A stretch of 64,000 nt of DNA, from assembly GCA_010015805.1 (NCBI GenBank), contig ML978145.1, positions 124,001 through 188,000 on the forward strand, in the 5' to 3' direction. Every line of letters begins with the position of its first letter. Position 1 is the first letter of the stretch. Below are positions 1 through 13,089 of this stretch, piece by piece. A model generated the notes under the pieces. The model saw nothing but the letters and a program-made list of their open reading frames with translations. It was not told the DNA's origin and made no database searches. The position numbers were made by a program, and so were the translations under genes. The stretch comes from Rhizodiscina lignyota. Taxonomy: Eukaryota.

Positions 1-195
1 GCATGCGGCTGGGGAGGTCAGGTCAGACTGTATGGCCTTTACTCGCGAGGCATGAGGCTGGGCGGCGGGAGGTATGGGAGGAGAGACAATATCGCTGACT
101 GTGAGGGTGAGGTCTGGCGCGCTCTCGAGGAGTGCTGTGATGAGGTCCTGGCCGATGAAGCCAGACGCGCCTGTGATGAGTATGTTCTCCGGCAT
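1..195 (-). CDS. NAD-dependent epimerase/dehydratase (extended SDR), 5' part; runs off the window start
   Basis: Hand translation from ATG 195: MPENILITGASGFIGQDLITALLESAPDLTLTVSD..., with a TGxxGFIG Rossmann motif. Open to base 1; not in the ORF track. Confidence 0.85.
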   Translation of the reverse strand, partial: MPENILITGASGFIGQDLITALLESAPDLTLTVSDIVSPPIPPAAQPHASRVKAIQSDLTSPAAC

Positions 196-857
196 CTTGA
201 CAATTGAGCAGCGAAAGAGGGAAGTTTCAATATGAGAAGGAATTGCTGGATTCAGCCTATAGAAATTGTGAAAAAGAAAGGATGAAAAAGCTACTTAACC
301 TTGACACGACCTCAGAGAGCAAAAGCGGAGAACTTTCCGTTGGTTGCGGAGCTAGACTTTTGATATCCCGAGCTTAGGAAAAGGCATTGTGATATGCCAT
401 CAGACGATGACAATTTGAGAGTCGTCCGTAATGGCCCCGTGCGATCTGCATGTCAATGTGACAGAGGATTGATGATGCTCTTGAGGTCCTTGGGCACTTT
501 TGGGAAGATCCAGGAAGCGGAAGCGGCGGCGGAGCCAAGACGTCCGCTGCTTCTCCTGTGGAAGCCACTGCATTCATGACGAAAAGCAGATAATGCTTAG
601 GCATATTTCAAACGTAGTTTAATTCTCGCTAGGAAGTAATAATTTTGTCGTTAAGTCTTCTTGGTCCATCAAATAGAGACAGCAATCCAAAATGCCATCG
701 CCGTCAAGCAGCTATCACCTAGCCATGATTCTCATCAAACGCCAAAACAATGCATATAGGTGAACGCTTGAGTAACATAAAACAATGGTATCCGCTCTGT
801 CCTTTCCATTCCCTCATTCGTTCAAACTACCAGCCTCCTAGCCGACCGTGCAGAGAA

Positions 858-3800
858 TCATCTCCCATGGCCCTCAAAGTCCCTCTCAAAGAATACAATA
901 TAAGCCTGCTCATTCTGCAGCTCATCTCCCCTCCTCAAAGCCCTTGGATCAAAATCACTAACCCTGTCATCATTAAAATATTTCCAGCACTGTCGTCCCG
1001 TGTCTTTCACAAGAGCAACATAGTGACCCGAATGCAAAGTCTGGCCAATATGTCGCATTACAGCATAACAATTGTACCTATACGGCGGCGTCATCGCTTC
1101 ATCCAGGGCGCAGTCCTTCTTGACGCTCTCAATGCCTCTGTCACGGATGGCTTGGTTGACTTCTTCCGCAGTTGGAGGGGGCAACATCAACGGTTCGAGA
1201 TCGAGGCCATTGAGCGGAAAGTCAATCGGCGTGCGCACTTTTCTCGCGGACTCGGTATGCGATGCGCTGAAGCGCTTGAAGTGGACCACGAGGTAGCGCG
1301 GGGCGCGGGTAATAGTGATCTGCTTGGTTGCTTCCCGTTCTTTCTTGCACCGCGGGCACTTCCAGACTTCGTCCCCTGAAAGCATCTCCTCTGCGCAGTA
1401 TGACTGGAGACACTGCTCGATAGTCGCAGCCCCACTTCGAGGAATCTCTACGGAGATGCTGTAGAATGCTTCATAGGTCGTACTCGTGGTACCGCAAGTA
1501 GTGCAGCGGAGCCGACTGGCGTGCTGGCCTGCGAATAGGTCCGATACGACACTGCGTTCGCGCTTTGTATAACGAGCCCATTCAACCTTTGATGCGAAAG
1601 GTTTCGGCGTCTTCTCACGGAGCTGTTCTTCAAGCTCAGAAAGGACATGCGGCGGAGGGTTGTTCCAGTTCCAGTTGAGATCTTCATGCAAGACATCGAT
1701 GAGAAAGTCGAAGAATTCCTTGGCGTCTTGCTGGCGATCAGAGCCCCATTCGCGATTTAACCTGGCACAAAAGTTCTGAGATGGATTAGTGAACTATCAA
1801 CAAAAATTAGATAAGTATTGCTTACACGAAAAGTGGAAGGTCGACAAGCAGTCACATCGTTCTTCCACAAGTGCAGAATTAGATTCGCGTAATTTTCTGG
1901 TAGCAGTCCTTTCGAGCCTTTCCAGTTCTCACGCTGGATTATCTTCCGATATGAGCCGTTGCGGAAGATACGCGTGAGCGGAAGAGTTGCATTAAGACAC
2001 TGAACTGTGGCATTCATGTAACATGTTGATCCGAAATTGATCAAGCCAGTCCGAGGAAGGCGGATGTTGTGAGGCATCTCGTTCTGTGGGACATACGAAG
2101 CAAGTTGTGGCCCGCGTGCGCCCAAGGTGTATCCCGACGGCTCTCGTTCGTGAGCTCCACGGTAAGCAACTGGAGGGACAGATGGAGCCGGTCTGGACGG
2201 TATAGTGGGCATGGAGGTGACCGGATAGCTAGGGACCGGTGACTTTCGAGATACCGGCGATGTCATGGACTGCGCAATAGGGGAAACTTCAGGGTATCTT
2301 CGCAAAAAGTCTTCGGTCGTGCGATAAATCGGAACAGCCTCTTCCCCGTCTTCTTCTTCGAAACCTTCTTCCGCTAAGGACTCCTGCAAAGCAATGCTTT
2401 CGGTTCTCGCTCTTTCGGCCCATTTACGTTCTTCTTCTGGATCAAGAGGATTGTAGTCTCGCAGCCGTTTTTTACGCACATACAACTGAGAGTTTGATCC
2501 TGCCGGAGGGACACGCTTGATAGGACGAGCCGCTTTCATCCTCTTTGTACTTGAGGTACTTGAGGTGATGAGTGCATTCTGTCCTAAAAGATCCGCCCAA
2601 GCTGTAATTCCCCCCATGAGTAGAATTGGTGGTCTCTGTAAAGGCTTGTCACCATTGAACTCGTAGAGACAATCGTAGAGCTCCTTTAACGCCTTTTCGC
2701 TCTCATTTCTCGGCGGTCCCTGCAGAAAGCCAGTGGAATAGGTCGATGCATCGTAGTAGACTACAAGATCGAAATGGTCTCTTCTCTCGAACATGGCTTG
2801 TTCCCTGTCTGGAGACAGGACCAAAGATTCCTGGAGCTGATCGGCTGACATGCCACTCCGAAGGCCAGCGGGCTCCACGCACATGATGTTCTGCGTGTAT
2901 ATATGCCCCGCATCGAAGTCTTCGCGTGGACGGACATCAATGACGAGTACATTGAACATCTTTTGGTAGTCGTAGAGCTTCTCCGCGCTTATTTGCGATT
3001 CGCTTGGCATGTAGACAGACTTTCGTCGTACAGACGTCCCGCTTCTTGCCCCACTGGAAGAGTCAGGAAAGTATGAGTCGGTATCGCTATTGGCGCCGGG
3101 AGGTGCATTCGAGATGCTCGAGACTATTGAGTTGCTCCGTCCTCCGGTGCCGACAATGCTGCGAGCCGTGCTACGCGGAGGATTGATGCCACCTGGTGTG
3201 GGCATGTTACGCGCAGGACTATAGGTTGGACTTGGAGCCTTCGGAAGGGCGGATGCAAAAGATGTGTCCAGAGGAAGTTTCGGAGGGTGAGGAGGAGGCA
3301 TATCCCGCGCACCAGTCAAACGAGAGCTATGAGATGCGGAAGAAGATGCTGAGGTGACACGAGAAAGACTGTTGCTGCCGAAATCCGGGGGGGATGGCAT
3401 ACGAGCCGATGGACCGTCTCCAACAGCTCCCTGCCGTGCATAGCTGTCACCATTTGTAATAGGCTGTCCTCCTGTCCTCAATCGCGCGAATCGTTCATTC
3501 AACGGATCAATGGCAGGTGCTCGAGGAGAAACTCCATTGATTGCGTGTCCATGTAAATTTGGAGGCTTCGGCCGGATGGCTGGCCTCAAACTCCCGGGAT
3601 GTATGCCTTCAGGGGTCGAACGTCCTGAAAAACGATCCTCAGGCGTATCCGGTCGGTAAAATGAGGACATTCCAGCATCGGGGTCGACATAGCTACTCGG
3701 TCTGGTCGAAGCATTTGGATGACCGTTGACGGACGACCGTTGGCTGGATCCTTGCGTCTCTGACCCATGCACCCCTTGCGCGGTCGAAGGTCGTTGCTGT

Positions 3801-4375
3801 ACTTGTCCTCCAGGCGATCCACCATATGTCGGCTGAACTCCGCTTCTCCGATTATCATTCTCGATTATGTTCTTGATACTGTCGAACTGATCGCTCATTG
3901 CTGAGAGGCGCTTCGCCAGGTCCTTGTTCAGCCGATGCATACTGCCGCGGTCTTGATGCAAGATGACAGCGTCTTTGTGTCGTGGAATTGATCGAGAAAC
4001 GATCTCCATAGCAACGAGATACTCGACATACGCCATGTCTGGGCGCCGGTACTGGACGAGGTATTCGGCACCTTTTGTCGCTTGTTCCGCCACTGTCAAG
4101 AGGTGGCCCATCTAACACAGTCAGTACCAATGGTTACAGTTGGTCACATAGGGGAAACATACGGGTATGTTTGGATCCAAGCTCCTCGTCTTATCCTCTG
4201 CCATTCCTTGCAGATCCTTGATATGCTTCATTGGTTGGGCACGGCGACCAGGGCTGCCACCAGGTCCACCCATTGGATTTGAATATCCATTTTGGGCGGG
4301 ACCATATCCTCTATCGCCATTCGCATATGCGCGATAGGGCCCAGGCGGGGGAGGCATCGAAGACGCAGCACTCAT
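858..4375 (-). CDS. DOA4: Ubiquitin-specific protease of the Doa4/Ubp4 (USP8) type with a rhodanese domain
   Basis: Exons 4375-4163, 4111-1826, 1775-858 (GT-AG introns 4112-4162, 1776-1825). Cys box GLINFGSTCYMNATVQCL, QQDAKEF, His box HIGQTLHSGHYVALVK...FNDD, rhodanese-like LVIDVRPREDFDAGHI. Confidence 0.93.
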
Positions 4376-4956
4376 GTTTAGAGGTGCCGAAGATATGGTG
4401 ACGTGCCCCTCATGTTATCGGAGGACACACTGGGTACGACGGAAGCAAGGGAAACACAAAAACTAGTGTATTTGTCGTGCGAAGTGGTATAAAACACACA
4501 CAGAGTGCTATTCGACGGGGATTGGAGGCCCGCAAAATGTGCGGCGGAGGTGTCGTCGGTGAGGATAGGTGGGTAGTGTACAGTTTCGGGCGTCGATTTG
4601 TAGAACGGGGGACTGGTTGGAGTCGGACCGAGGGAAGAAAAGGTGAATGCAAGAGAAATGGGTATATCGAAGGCCGCAGAGGAGAATTAGGCGGATTGGA
4701 AGGCGAAGTGGTGAGAGACGAACGGCAGCGGCTTGGAGATGATGTACGACGCCAAGCCACCCACACGCCACCAGCGCGAGAGCTGCCCGTCAAGGTACTT
4801 CCATCACTAAGCTCAAACTTCACCTCGAGCTTCGGAGTGGCCCCAATGTGTGTGCCTAAATCCTCGCTGTAGCCGTCGCACTTTGTCTTATATCCTCACT
4901 TACTTCTCTCCCTCATCATATCTATATACGGCCTGCCGAGGAGAGCTTGCAACGTC

Positions 4957-7348
4957 ATGGCTGGCTGGTTTGCGTCAAGCAATTCCGCTCTGGATGAGCA
5001 GATCGAGCGCGCTACATCTTCAAGCTTGTACGTCATGGCGATACTGAGCATCGTAGAGTACGCAGAAATACTGACACTTTCTTTAAATCAGAGAGGATAT
5101 TCCGCTCAACCTCGAAATCTCCGATGTCATTCGATCCAAGACTGTGCAGCCTAGAGAGGCGATGCGCTCGCTCAAGCGGCGCATAGGCAACAAGAATCCC
5201 AACATCCAACTTGCGACCTTGAACCTCACCGACACGTGTGTGAAGAATGGCGGAATACATTTCATGACTGAAATTGCATCGAGGGAGTTTATGGACAACC
5301 TAGCGTCTATCCTTAAGGCCTACGGATCCGCCGAGCCAAACGCAGACGTCAAGGCAAAGATACTAGAGCTCATCCAAGCCTGGGCCGGGGCATCAGAAGG
5401 TCGCAGCAATCTCGTGTACATTAACGAGGTGTACAAGACACTGCAGAGAGAGGGACATCGCTTCCCTCCGAAAGAAGCGGTTGCGAGCAGCATGTTCGAC
5501 AGCAACGCGCCACCAGAGTGGGTTGACTCTGACGTGTGTATGCGATGTCGGACAGCCTTCACATTCACGAACCGCAAGCACCACTGCCGAAATTGCGGAA
5601 ATGTCTTCGACCAGCAGTGCTCGAGCAAGTCGCTACCGCTGCCGCATCTCGGCATAACGACTCCGGTCCGAGTCGATGATGGTTGTTACGCAAAACTTAC
5701 AGACAAGATCAAGAGCACACCGGTACCAAAGGGATTCGATGCTGCGAAGCCGGCTAAGACACTATACCAGGGCATGCAACCGCGCGATGCTCGAGTTGAC
5801 GACAGTTTCGATGCTGATCTGAAGAGAGCGCTGGAAATGAGCTTGGAAGAGAGCAAGGGACAACCAGGTGGCTCAGGCTATGTGCCCCAATCGCAGCTCC
5901 AGTCGCAACCTAAATCCGAAACGACAAATGGGACAACAAAAACTTCTCAACAACCCCAAGAAGAAGAAGACGACCCGGAGCTCAAAGCTGCGATTGCGGC
6001 ATCGCTGAAGGACATGGAAGAGCAAAAGAAAAAGCATGCCGCGACCCTGAAACAACAATCTTCATCCACAAACGGTGCCCAAGTTATCGTGCAGCCCAAG
6101 TCAGAATACGAACTCACTCCTGCGGAAGCCGAGAACATCAATCTATTTTCTACGCTCGTGGAACGGCTACAGCATCAACCTCCGGGTACTATCCTTCGGG
6201 AACCTCAAATCCAAGAGCTATACGATAGTATCGGAAAGCTGAGGCCAAAGCTGGCCAGGACTTACGGAGAAACAATGAGCAAGCATGGTGAGTTATTGCC
6301 ACGACCTTCATTCAGGAAACATCGTGCTAATGTAGTAGATACCCTCCTTGACCTTCACGCCAAGCTCGCGACTGTAGTCCGCTACTACGATCGTATGCTC
6401 GAAGAGCGCCTTTCGAACACCTACAGCCAACATTCTTACGCATATGGCGCTCCTCAACAGCGCCAATCATCATCCTTATACCCGACTCTGTCATCTGGCA
6501 TTCCTGACGGCCAAGCCCCTGGCCCCGGACCCGGAGGCGCCGAAGGTTTCTACACAGGAAATACTGTGCCAGCATCCGAGCCATACGGCCGACCGCAGTC
6601 AACCTACGCTGGATACTCTCAACAGCCTCAGAGCCCGTACATGTACGACAAGCGAGCATCAGTTGCAGCACCATATCCACCACAGCAGCAGCAATCGTAC
6701 GTACCACAAGGATATCCACAGCAACAACTTCAGCGCACGCCGAGTACCTTCTCCCAAGGCCAGGTCCAACCGCAAGGCTCGCCCCAACTCCAACGGCGCA
6801 CTTCGGCGCAGCAGTACCCTCCACAACAGCAGCAAAGGCAGCCCTCATACACTGATGCACCTCAACAGGCGCCGTCACAGCCTTCTATGCCTCCACCTGA
6901 CAACAGCTCTTCCTACTACTATAATAACCAAGAAGTAGCTCCTCCAGCTCAACAGCAGCAACCGCCATATCCGCAAGTCCAGCAACAGCCCTCCCCCGAA
7001 CAATTCCTTCAATCCCCCCCACCGACACAACAATCAATGTCCCTTCAGCCACAGCAATCCTCTCAGCCATCTCACTCTCAAACCTTGCCTCCCCCTCAGC
7101 AATTCCAACAAGCCCCGCTGCCCCAGCAGCAGTATCAGCAACCTCCACCAACGCAGCAATCGATGCCTCCACCGGTACAGAACCAGTATCAGCAACCTCC
7201 ACAACAGCAGCAATGGCAGCCTCAACCTACTTCGGTATATCCGCTGCAAGGAGGACCGCCATCCACGCTACCGCAGGATACCATGTTCCCGGCAGCACCA
7301 CAGCATCAACCGCAACCGAAGGTTGAGGAGTCGCTGATAGAGCTATAG
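4957..7348 (+). CDS. VPS27: ESCRT-0 subunit Vps27/Hrs (VHS, FYVE, two UIMs, Q/P-rich tail)
   Basis: Introns 5028-5091 and 6288-6338 (in frame). VHS ([15 protein letters not shown]...NLEISD), FYVE ([22 protein letters not shown]), UIMs [12 protein letters not shown] and [13 protein letters not shown]-terminal clathrin-box-like LIEL. Confidence 0.96.
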
Positions 7349-8220
7349 GGTTAACGGATTTGGCATGTTTTGCTCGAAGATTGGATTGTTTTGGTATACC
7401 TTACCACCACAGGAACGGCGTCGGGGAGAGCTGGCCCTGTTCATAGCGGTCTTAGCAGTTAGTCGAAATGTCAAAGAAGACGTTCTTAATTAGGTCCCCA
7501 CATGCAAACCAGTGCTCCTCGTGATTTCCAAATTTATTTTAATTCTTTTTTTGTTTGGACATTTTCGATGCTCGATGTGGGAGGCATCGTACAACTACAT
7601 ATGTACAGTGTGGGAAACGTATTTTCTAGAATCGAGAATGGCCTGGAATCAAATCCATCCGTCCGTCCGAGCAGAAGAGCAACCAAGACACGAAGAGAAG
7701 ATAATCAATCGAACGGCAAAGTAAAATAAAACATCGCTATAGCTCTCGTAAGCGCGTGTCATGCAATACCCATCTTTGCCCTCTTGTCTATGCACTTCAT
7801 GACATGTATCTCAAACTCTCCGCTCCCAAAAGCGTGGACAATGTACTCAGTGTGTCCGCATATGTATGTGAAGAATCGAATCGAAGGTAAAAAAGGGATT
7901 GGCTAGAAGGTATACAAAGAATTTTAGAGAGGGAGAAAGAACAAGAAGAACAGTACATAAAGTGGACAAAACTCCTAGTTAAACAAAACAAGATGCGGGA
8001 GAAGCTGCACTGGGTGAGTTCTCGACCGCCCATGCCATTATAACGCCGTCGAAACGCCTCGCTTGCTGAAGAATTAAAAGGAAATCGGGTATGTCTGTGG
8101 ATGATGTACCGAGCCTGAGGTGTATTCGCGGTATCTGCAGGCCAACGATTTTGACCGGGTGTTGTGTCGCACGAGACGTATCGTTGTTGTTTGTCACTTC
8201 AACATCGACCTCAGGATGTT

Positions 8221-10176
8221 TCAAACGAACTCCGGCCAGTAATTGTACGGCATCAGAGATGGCCCATCCCATTTCTCGCCGTACATGTTCGATCGCTGGC
8301 CCGCAAAGAAAGCGTCGTGCGCGTGTTCGATGACCGACATCCAGGATGATGGCTCGGGGTGTTTCGACCACTGGTTATGAACATGGTATGTCCAGCTTCC
8401 GCGGAAGAAGTTCTCGAGAGTGCGGTTGTTCGGTGGATACTTGTCTTCCTCAAGGTCGTACTCTCCGATGACTCCCGCCTTTCGGAGCTCTTCCTCCTCA
8501 CCAGACGTTGGGGAGAAGGAGTCCTGGCTGTCAGGTTCGGGCGCTGCAGAAGAAGTGGGTTGGTCGGAAGTCGAAATGAGGTCGTATGTTGCGTTTGTAG
8601 AGGAAGGAATGTGGTTGCGTTTGCCCCGGCGCATGGCGCGTTGTTCACTCTGTTCGTCTCGAATCTCGAGTTTGCTCGGGACATCGTCATCGAAGAGGTC
8701 AATCTCCTCTAGCTGCGGTCCATCATAACTTTCCCATTCATCACGGATAGCACCAGCCTTGCCCTTGAAGGCGGCGCCGTAGTCCCTCAAGCATGGAACT
8801 GTACATCTGCCTTCACGGTCCCAGTTGAATTCCGTCCAGATTGGGTCGAACGCGGCCGTCTCGAGCATTAAGAACTCTCGGTCTCGCCCATCTTTCCACG
8901 CCATGCGTCCAATCACTCTTGGGTGGAAGTTTAGGCCCATGCGCACGCCTCCTCTTAGGAGATATGACGACAAACTCGAATTTGCCGTCAACGACATGAT
9001 AGCTGTGTTGTAGTCTCCTGGGTGTGGGTGTGCTGCCCATCGCTCTGCGAAAGAGTGATTCTGTGGGAGAAGCATAGGCCTCATATCACGCAGCATCAGC
9101 ACATCCATGTCAAAGTATGCTCCGCCGTGCAGATGCAGCACAACGAAGCGTACAGCATCTGACACCGCCTGAGGCAAGAAAGTCATTTGCTTCTCTGTTA
9201 GGACCAGCCATTGCTGTCCAGTCTCCACATGCTCCACAATTCCGTCCGCAACGCTGAGTTCGCCTTTCGAGTTGGGCTTTCCGGGAGTCTTGTAGTATCC
9301 CACACCATCCGTGTTGTCTTCGCGCTTCGGCAGAGGAATTCGCTTTGGAAACTTCCACTCGCGCACGATTATGTCCCCACGCTCGACGAATGGCAGGAAA
9401 CGAGCGAACAACGGATCCTTGTGGAGCATATCATCGACGGCTTTCGGGTGCCGATCAGCATCAAGCCACAGGTTTAAGCGGGAGCAGGGAAGGTTCTGCG
9501 TGTAGAGGTAGGATTTGATGAAGACTTCAACGCGCCAGGTAGCCGGACCAGTCCAGTAAACATGGTAAGGAATAATAGGCCCAGCACAAGTGCCTGATGA
9601 CGACTTGGAGAAAGGCTCTACGTCTGATGGAGAGACGTAAGATGTGAGGGTGTTGGAGTGTCCATCAGCATCGAGGTACTCGGCGTCCCGTGGGTCTTGG
9701 GTTGAGGCGCGTCGCGAAGGTTCTGGAAGACTGTAATATTTCTCCTCTCCATCGGCAAGGAAAGTCATACACTCAAAGACGTTACGCATCTTCTCAAGTC
9801 CATTGTACGTGCCTCTGCACTCCTCCACCAGCATCTGCAGGTCTGCTTCGGTGTCGACATTGGGCCGCGGTCCGAGATAATCATCTCTTGGGACGACAGC
9901 GCTCTTCGGGCGGTTGAAGACGTTCGCCTGCGGGTTGATGGTAACCTTGGTCGACGAAGCAGCAAATTTGACCTTGACGCCGGACTTGGTGGTCTTGAGG
10001 ATGTCCGCAGGCCCCGACTTATCTAGGAAGGCAGGGATTCCCAGCTTCCCCTTTGCTCCGACAGAGGGATTCCGCACCAGCTCTATTGTTCCAAAAATGA
10101 CTGCGTAGAGCAGAGCGGCGAGGATAAGGTTTCTGAGGAGCGCGAAGCACGATCGTATGCGCGACCCTTCAGCCAT
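8221..10176 (-). CDS. Type II membrane glycosyltransferase, GT32-like (DXD sugar-binding region)
   Basis: Single ORF, ATG at 10176. N-terminal TM segment LILAALLYAVIFGTIEL; SDAVRFVVLHLHGGAYFDMDV matches the GT32 DxxR..L...GG.Y.DxD pattern. Confidence 0.8.
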   Translation of the reverse strand: MAEGSRIRSCFALLRNLILAALLYAVIFGTIELVRNPSVGAKGKLGIPAFLDKSGPADILKTTKSGVKVKFAASSTKVTINPQANVFNRPKSAVVPRDDYLGPRPNVDTEADLQMLVEECRGTYNGLEKMRNVFECMTFLADGEEKYYSLPEPSRRASTQDPRDAEYLDADGHSNTLTSYVSPSDVEPFSKSSSGTCAGPIIPYHVYWTGPATWRVEVFIKSYLYTQNLPCSRLNLWLDADRHPKAVDDMLHKDPLFARFLPFVERGDIIVREWKFPKRIPLPKREDNTDGVGYYKTPGKPNSKGELSVADGIVEHVETGQQWLVLTEKQMTFLPQAVSDAVRFVVLHLHGGAYFDMDVLMLRDMRPMLLPQNHSFAERWAAHPHPGDYNTAIMSLTANSSLSSYLLRGGVRMGLNFHPRVIGRMAWKDGRDREFLMLETAAFDPIWTEFNWDREGRCTVPCLRDYGAAFKGKAGAIRDEWESYDGPQLEEIDLFDDDVPSKLEIRDEQSEQRAMRRGKRNHIPSSTNATYDLISTSDQPTSSAAPEPDSQDSFSPTSGEEEELRKAGVIGEYDLEEDKYPPNNRTLENFFRGSWTYHVHNQWSKHPEPSSWMSVIEHAHDAFFAGQRSNMYGEKWDGPSLMPYNYWPEFV

Positions 10177-11556
10177 GGTGATTTGAGTTGTTTGTCGGTG
10201 AGGCGGCCGCCTCAAGCAGCAACGGCTGCTACCTAACAGAATTGAATGACGCCAGGTCTGTTGTTTGCACGCCCACAGTCGCTATCGACGCCGTGTTGAG
10301 GCTCGATCGAAGGCGTGAGGTGGATAGTGGGGTGTTTGTGGTGGGTGGGCGAAGGCTGCTGTGGTGAAGGGGTCGTGTGCCGGAGGCAAAGCAGTCGCCA
10401 GCGCCGGTGAAATTAAGTTGCCGTGCAAGTCGCGTACGGACGTAGGTGTCGTGTCTATGCTCTTCTGTAAGAAGATACTCGACGACTCGAGCAGCAAAGT
10501 AGGTGGGAGGAGGGAGAAGGATATGCGCGTTGGTCGCGTGGTGAAACGTAAAAGGAGCGAATTCAAAGTCCCTGAAAATGGGGGATGATGGCGAAAATGG
10601 GCTCGAGGGCGGAAACAAAGACGATTAGCGTGCCGAAGGTCAAGGCATATACATCAATTGAGCGATGGGAGAAGTGAAGAGGGCCGCGACGCGGAGAGGC
10701 AGAGGATGTAAAGGCGTGGGAGGCTCGCAAGAAAACTGAGGCTGTGAAGGCAGTTTCGAAATGCTTGCGGGCGAGGGCGTTGAGTCTGGGCGAGCACCCA
10801 ATCACGGCGAAGGATTTTGGGGCGGATTCTGGGCGAAGGGGGGCCTGCTGCTCCTGCCAGGTGTGGGCGCGCGCAGGAGATTGCGGCGCTGCGCATTTGT
10901 TACGGCCAAAGATAGAGCGCTAAGCCTCCGCATCTCCTTCTATCAGCGGCAATGCCTTGCGCGCCGCGCACACTACGCCGCATGCGGGCTATACCGTACA
11001 GTACCGCGTGCTCGCCCATCCCCATTCGGGTTATTTCGCGGCGCCTTCCCCGTGGAGAGGTAGCGTGCGCTCGGTGCGCTGCAAACGCCACGAAATTGAA
11101 ATTGTCGAGTCGAGCTTGTCGAGTCGTCCTGCTCAGCTCCTGCACTCTCGTCCCCGCCGTTACGAAGCACGCGGGCATTCCTGCTTCTTCTCGGCCGGCA
11201 CGCGATGCTCAATGGCTGTGTGGAGGTCGTCCTGCTCCATGATGGGCAGCGTGATCGTCCTTCTGACATGCAGGCTATGACGCGTCTTGTCGTCGAGCGC
11301 ACCGCTGTGACTCGCTGTTCCTGGCCCGTCGCCTCGTTAAGCACGCTTGACACTTAATTAGCCTTACAGCCCGCGCCCCTGCCCGCATCCTGCACGCGTG
11401 CGGCGTGCGCTATCTTGGCTCGCTTGGCAGCTTGCGCTGTTGTGGGCAAGCGACGACGCTCTGCATGCTTCCGGCCATTTACATGCGACGCTGCTTCAAC
11501 GTCGAATCGTGTCAGTACTGCTGTGACGCGGTCTTTGCTCCGCTCTGCGCTGCTCT

Positions 11557-13008
11557 ATGTTCTGCCCGCCGTTGCGTCAATTCACTCCGCTCCTGCATAG
11601 CCGCCGCTTGCGTCTCTCGCGCTCACTGCCTTATTCCAGCAACTCTCGAGCGTCGCTCATATCAGAGCAAGTAACTGTCGATTGCAGATCGAATGGCAGC
11701 ATCACTCTCGAGTCAGTACTAAGACTCCTATATTAGGCCGGCGCCCTTACTAAATTCTCCCTAAGCGTCTGTCGTGCGACAGACAGAGCCGATCCCTCTC
11801 GTATCGTGCTCTTCCTTCCCACCGGACCCGTGGTTGACCATTATGCCTCCATCAACGATGACAACGTCATCCGAGACCTCTCGCGCGCTTCACAGGCCAC
11901 GGTAGTACGTGTGAACTACCGTCTTGCACATGGCTACTTCTACCCCACGCCAATCCATGATGTCCTGGCCGGCTATGACTGGGTTCTGGAGAACCTTGCA
12001 CCCACTGCCGAGGCTAATCGTAGAACTGGCTATCGTCCGCGCATTGCACGTCTTGGTGTTTGTGGGCAGCTCGTCGGTGGCAGCCTAGCAACAATGTTAG
12101 CATTGACCGAATGCAGGATGGGAGGAGATCGCATTGCTGCTGCTGCTCTCCACAGCCCCATTGTTGATTGGCTCTTCCCTGATCCTTCGACCTTGAACGG
12201 TAATGGAGCTACTGGCTTCAAGTATGCTTCACCAGAGGAGCTGGTGGAGAGCATTGTGAAACCTACAGCTCGAACGCGTAGAAGCAAGCAATCATCATGG
12301 CTTGCCAATGCCCAGAATAGTGCATTGCCGGCCTCATTATTGATACGAGCACGCCAGACCTTCTTTCGTAACCCGGCAAACTGGTTTGATCCGCTTGCTT
12401 CTGCAATCCTCTTCTTCAGGACTCCAGGCAGCAGCATTCTGTCGGGAGCTTCCGACCACCACATACCCTCAACGGCGAATGCCAATTTTGTAGAAGACTT
12501 CCCGTTGGGTTCAAATTACGAAGACATTGCGCAGCCAGAAGACTATCTGGACCTTGAGCAACGCCATGCAGCAGACTATTCTGATGCCTCTGCCTTTGTG
12601 CCAATTGCAGAGGCTGAACCGTCCACGTCTACACCATCCCAACACGTAGTCCCTCGACGGCGTGCCCATCGTGTATTTCCTCCTCAGGGCTCTGCTCTTC
12701 GTCTTCCATTCACGCGTATCTCTACCTCTTCAGACAGCATTCTGTATGATCAAAGCGCAGAACTCACCAAGCTAATGCAAAGGAGCTTGGTACGAACCTC
12801 TCTGAAGGCTGCTGGGATGCTGCACCCCGACGCACTAGAAGAGCGCGACAGAGCCATTGCCGAGATGGAAGCCGAGAAGAATGCAGAGAAGAGAGTCAGT
12901 TTCCTTGTGGGCCAGGGAAAGGGTGCAGGCCTATGGGGAGTGCCTGGCACAGAATGGGAAGAAGAGGTTGAGCAGACTGGCTTGTGGTTCAAAGAAGCGC
13001 TGGATTGA
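11557..13008 (+). CDS. Alpha/beta-hydrolase fold protein (HSL-like, degenerate nucleophile motif), possibly mitochondrial
   Basis: Exon 1 11557-11711 (MFCPPLRQFTPLLHSRRLRLSRS..., Arg/Ser-rich presequence-like), intron 11712-11765. VVRVNYRLA..YPTPIHDVLAGYDW; GQLVGG sits where GDSAGG is expected. Confidence 0.8.
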
Positions 13009-13089
13009 TTCAGCAACATTCTTTGAGCAGACATGCATTCATCTAAGAATCATCTTTCTACATCGCTTCCACACCCATGCGGCTCAACT

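Noticed and set aside
6400..7330. CAG/CAA-rich repetitive sequence
   Set aside because: It is the normal Q/P-rich tail of Vps27.
10229..11460. Many short overlapping ORFs between the GT32-like and hydrolase genes
   Set aside because: GC-rich divergent promoter/UTR sequence; translations lack protein-like features.
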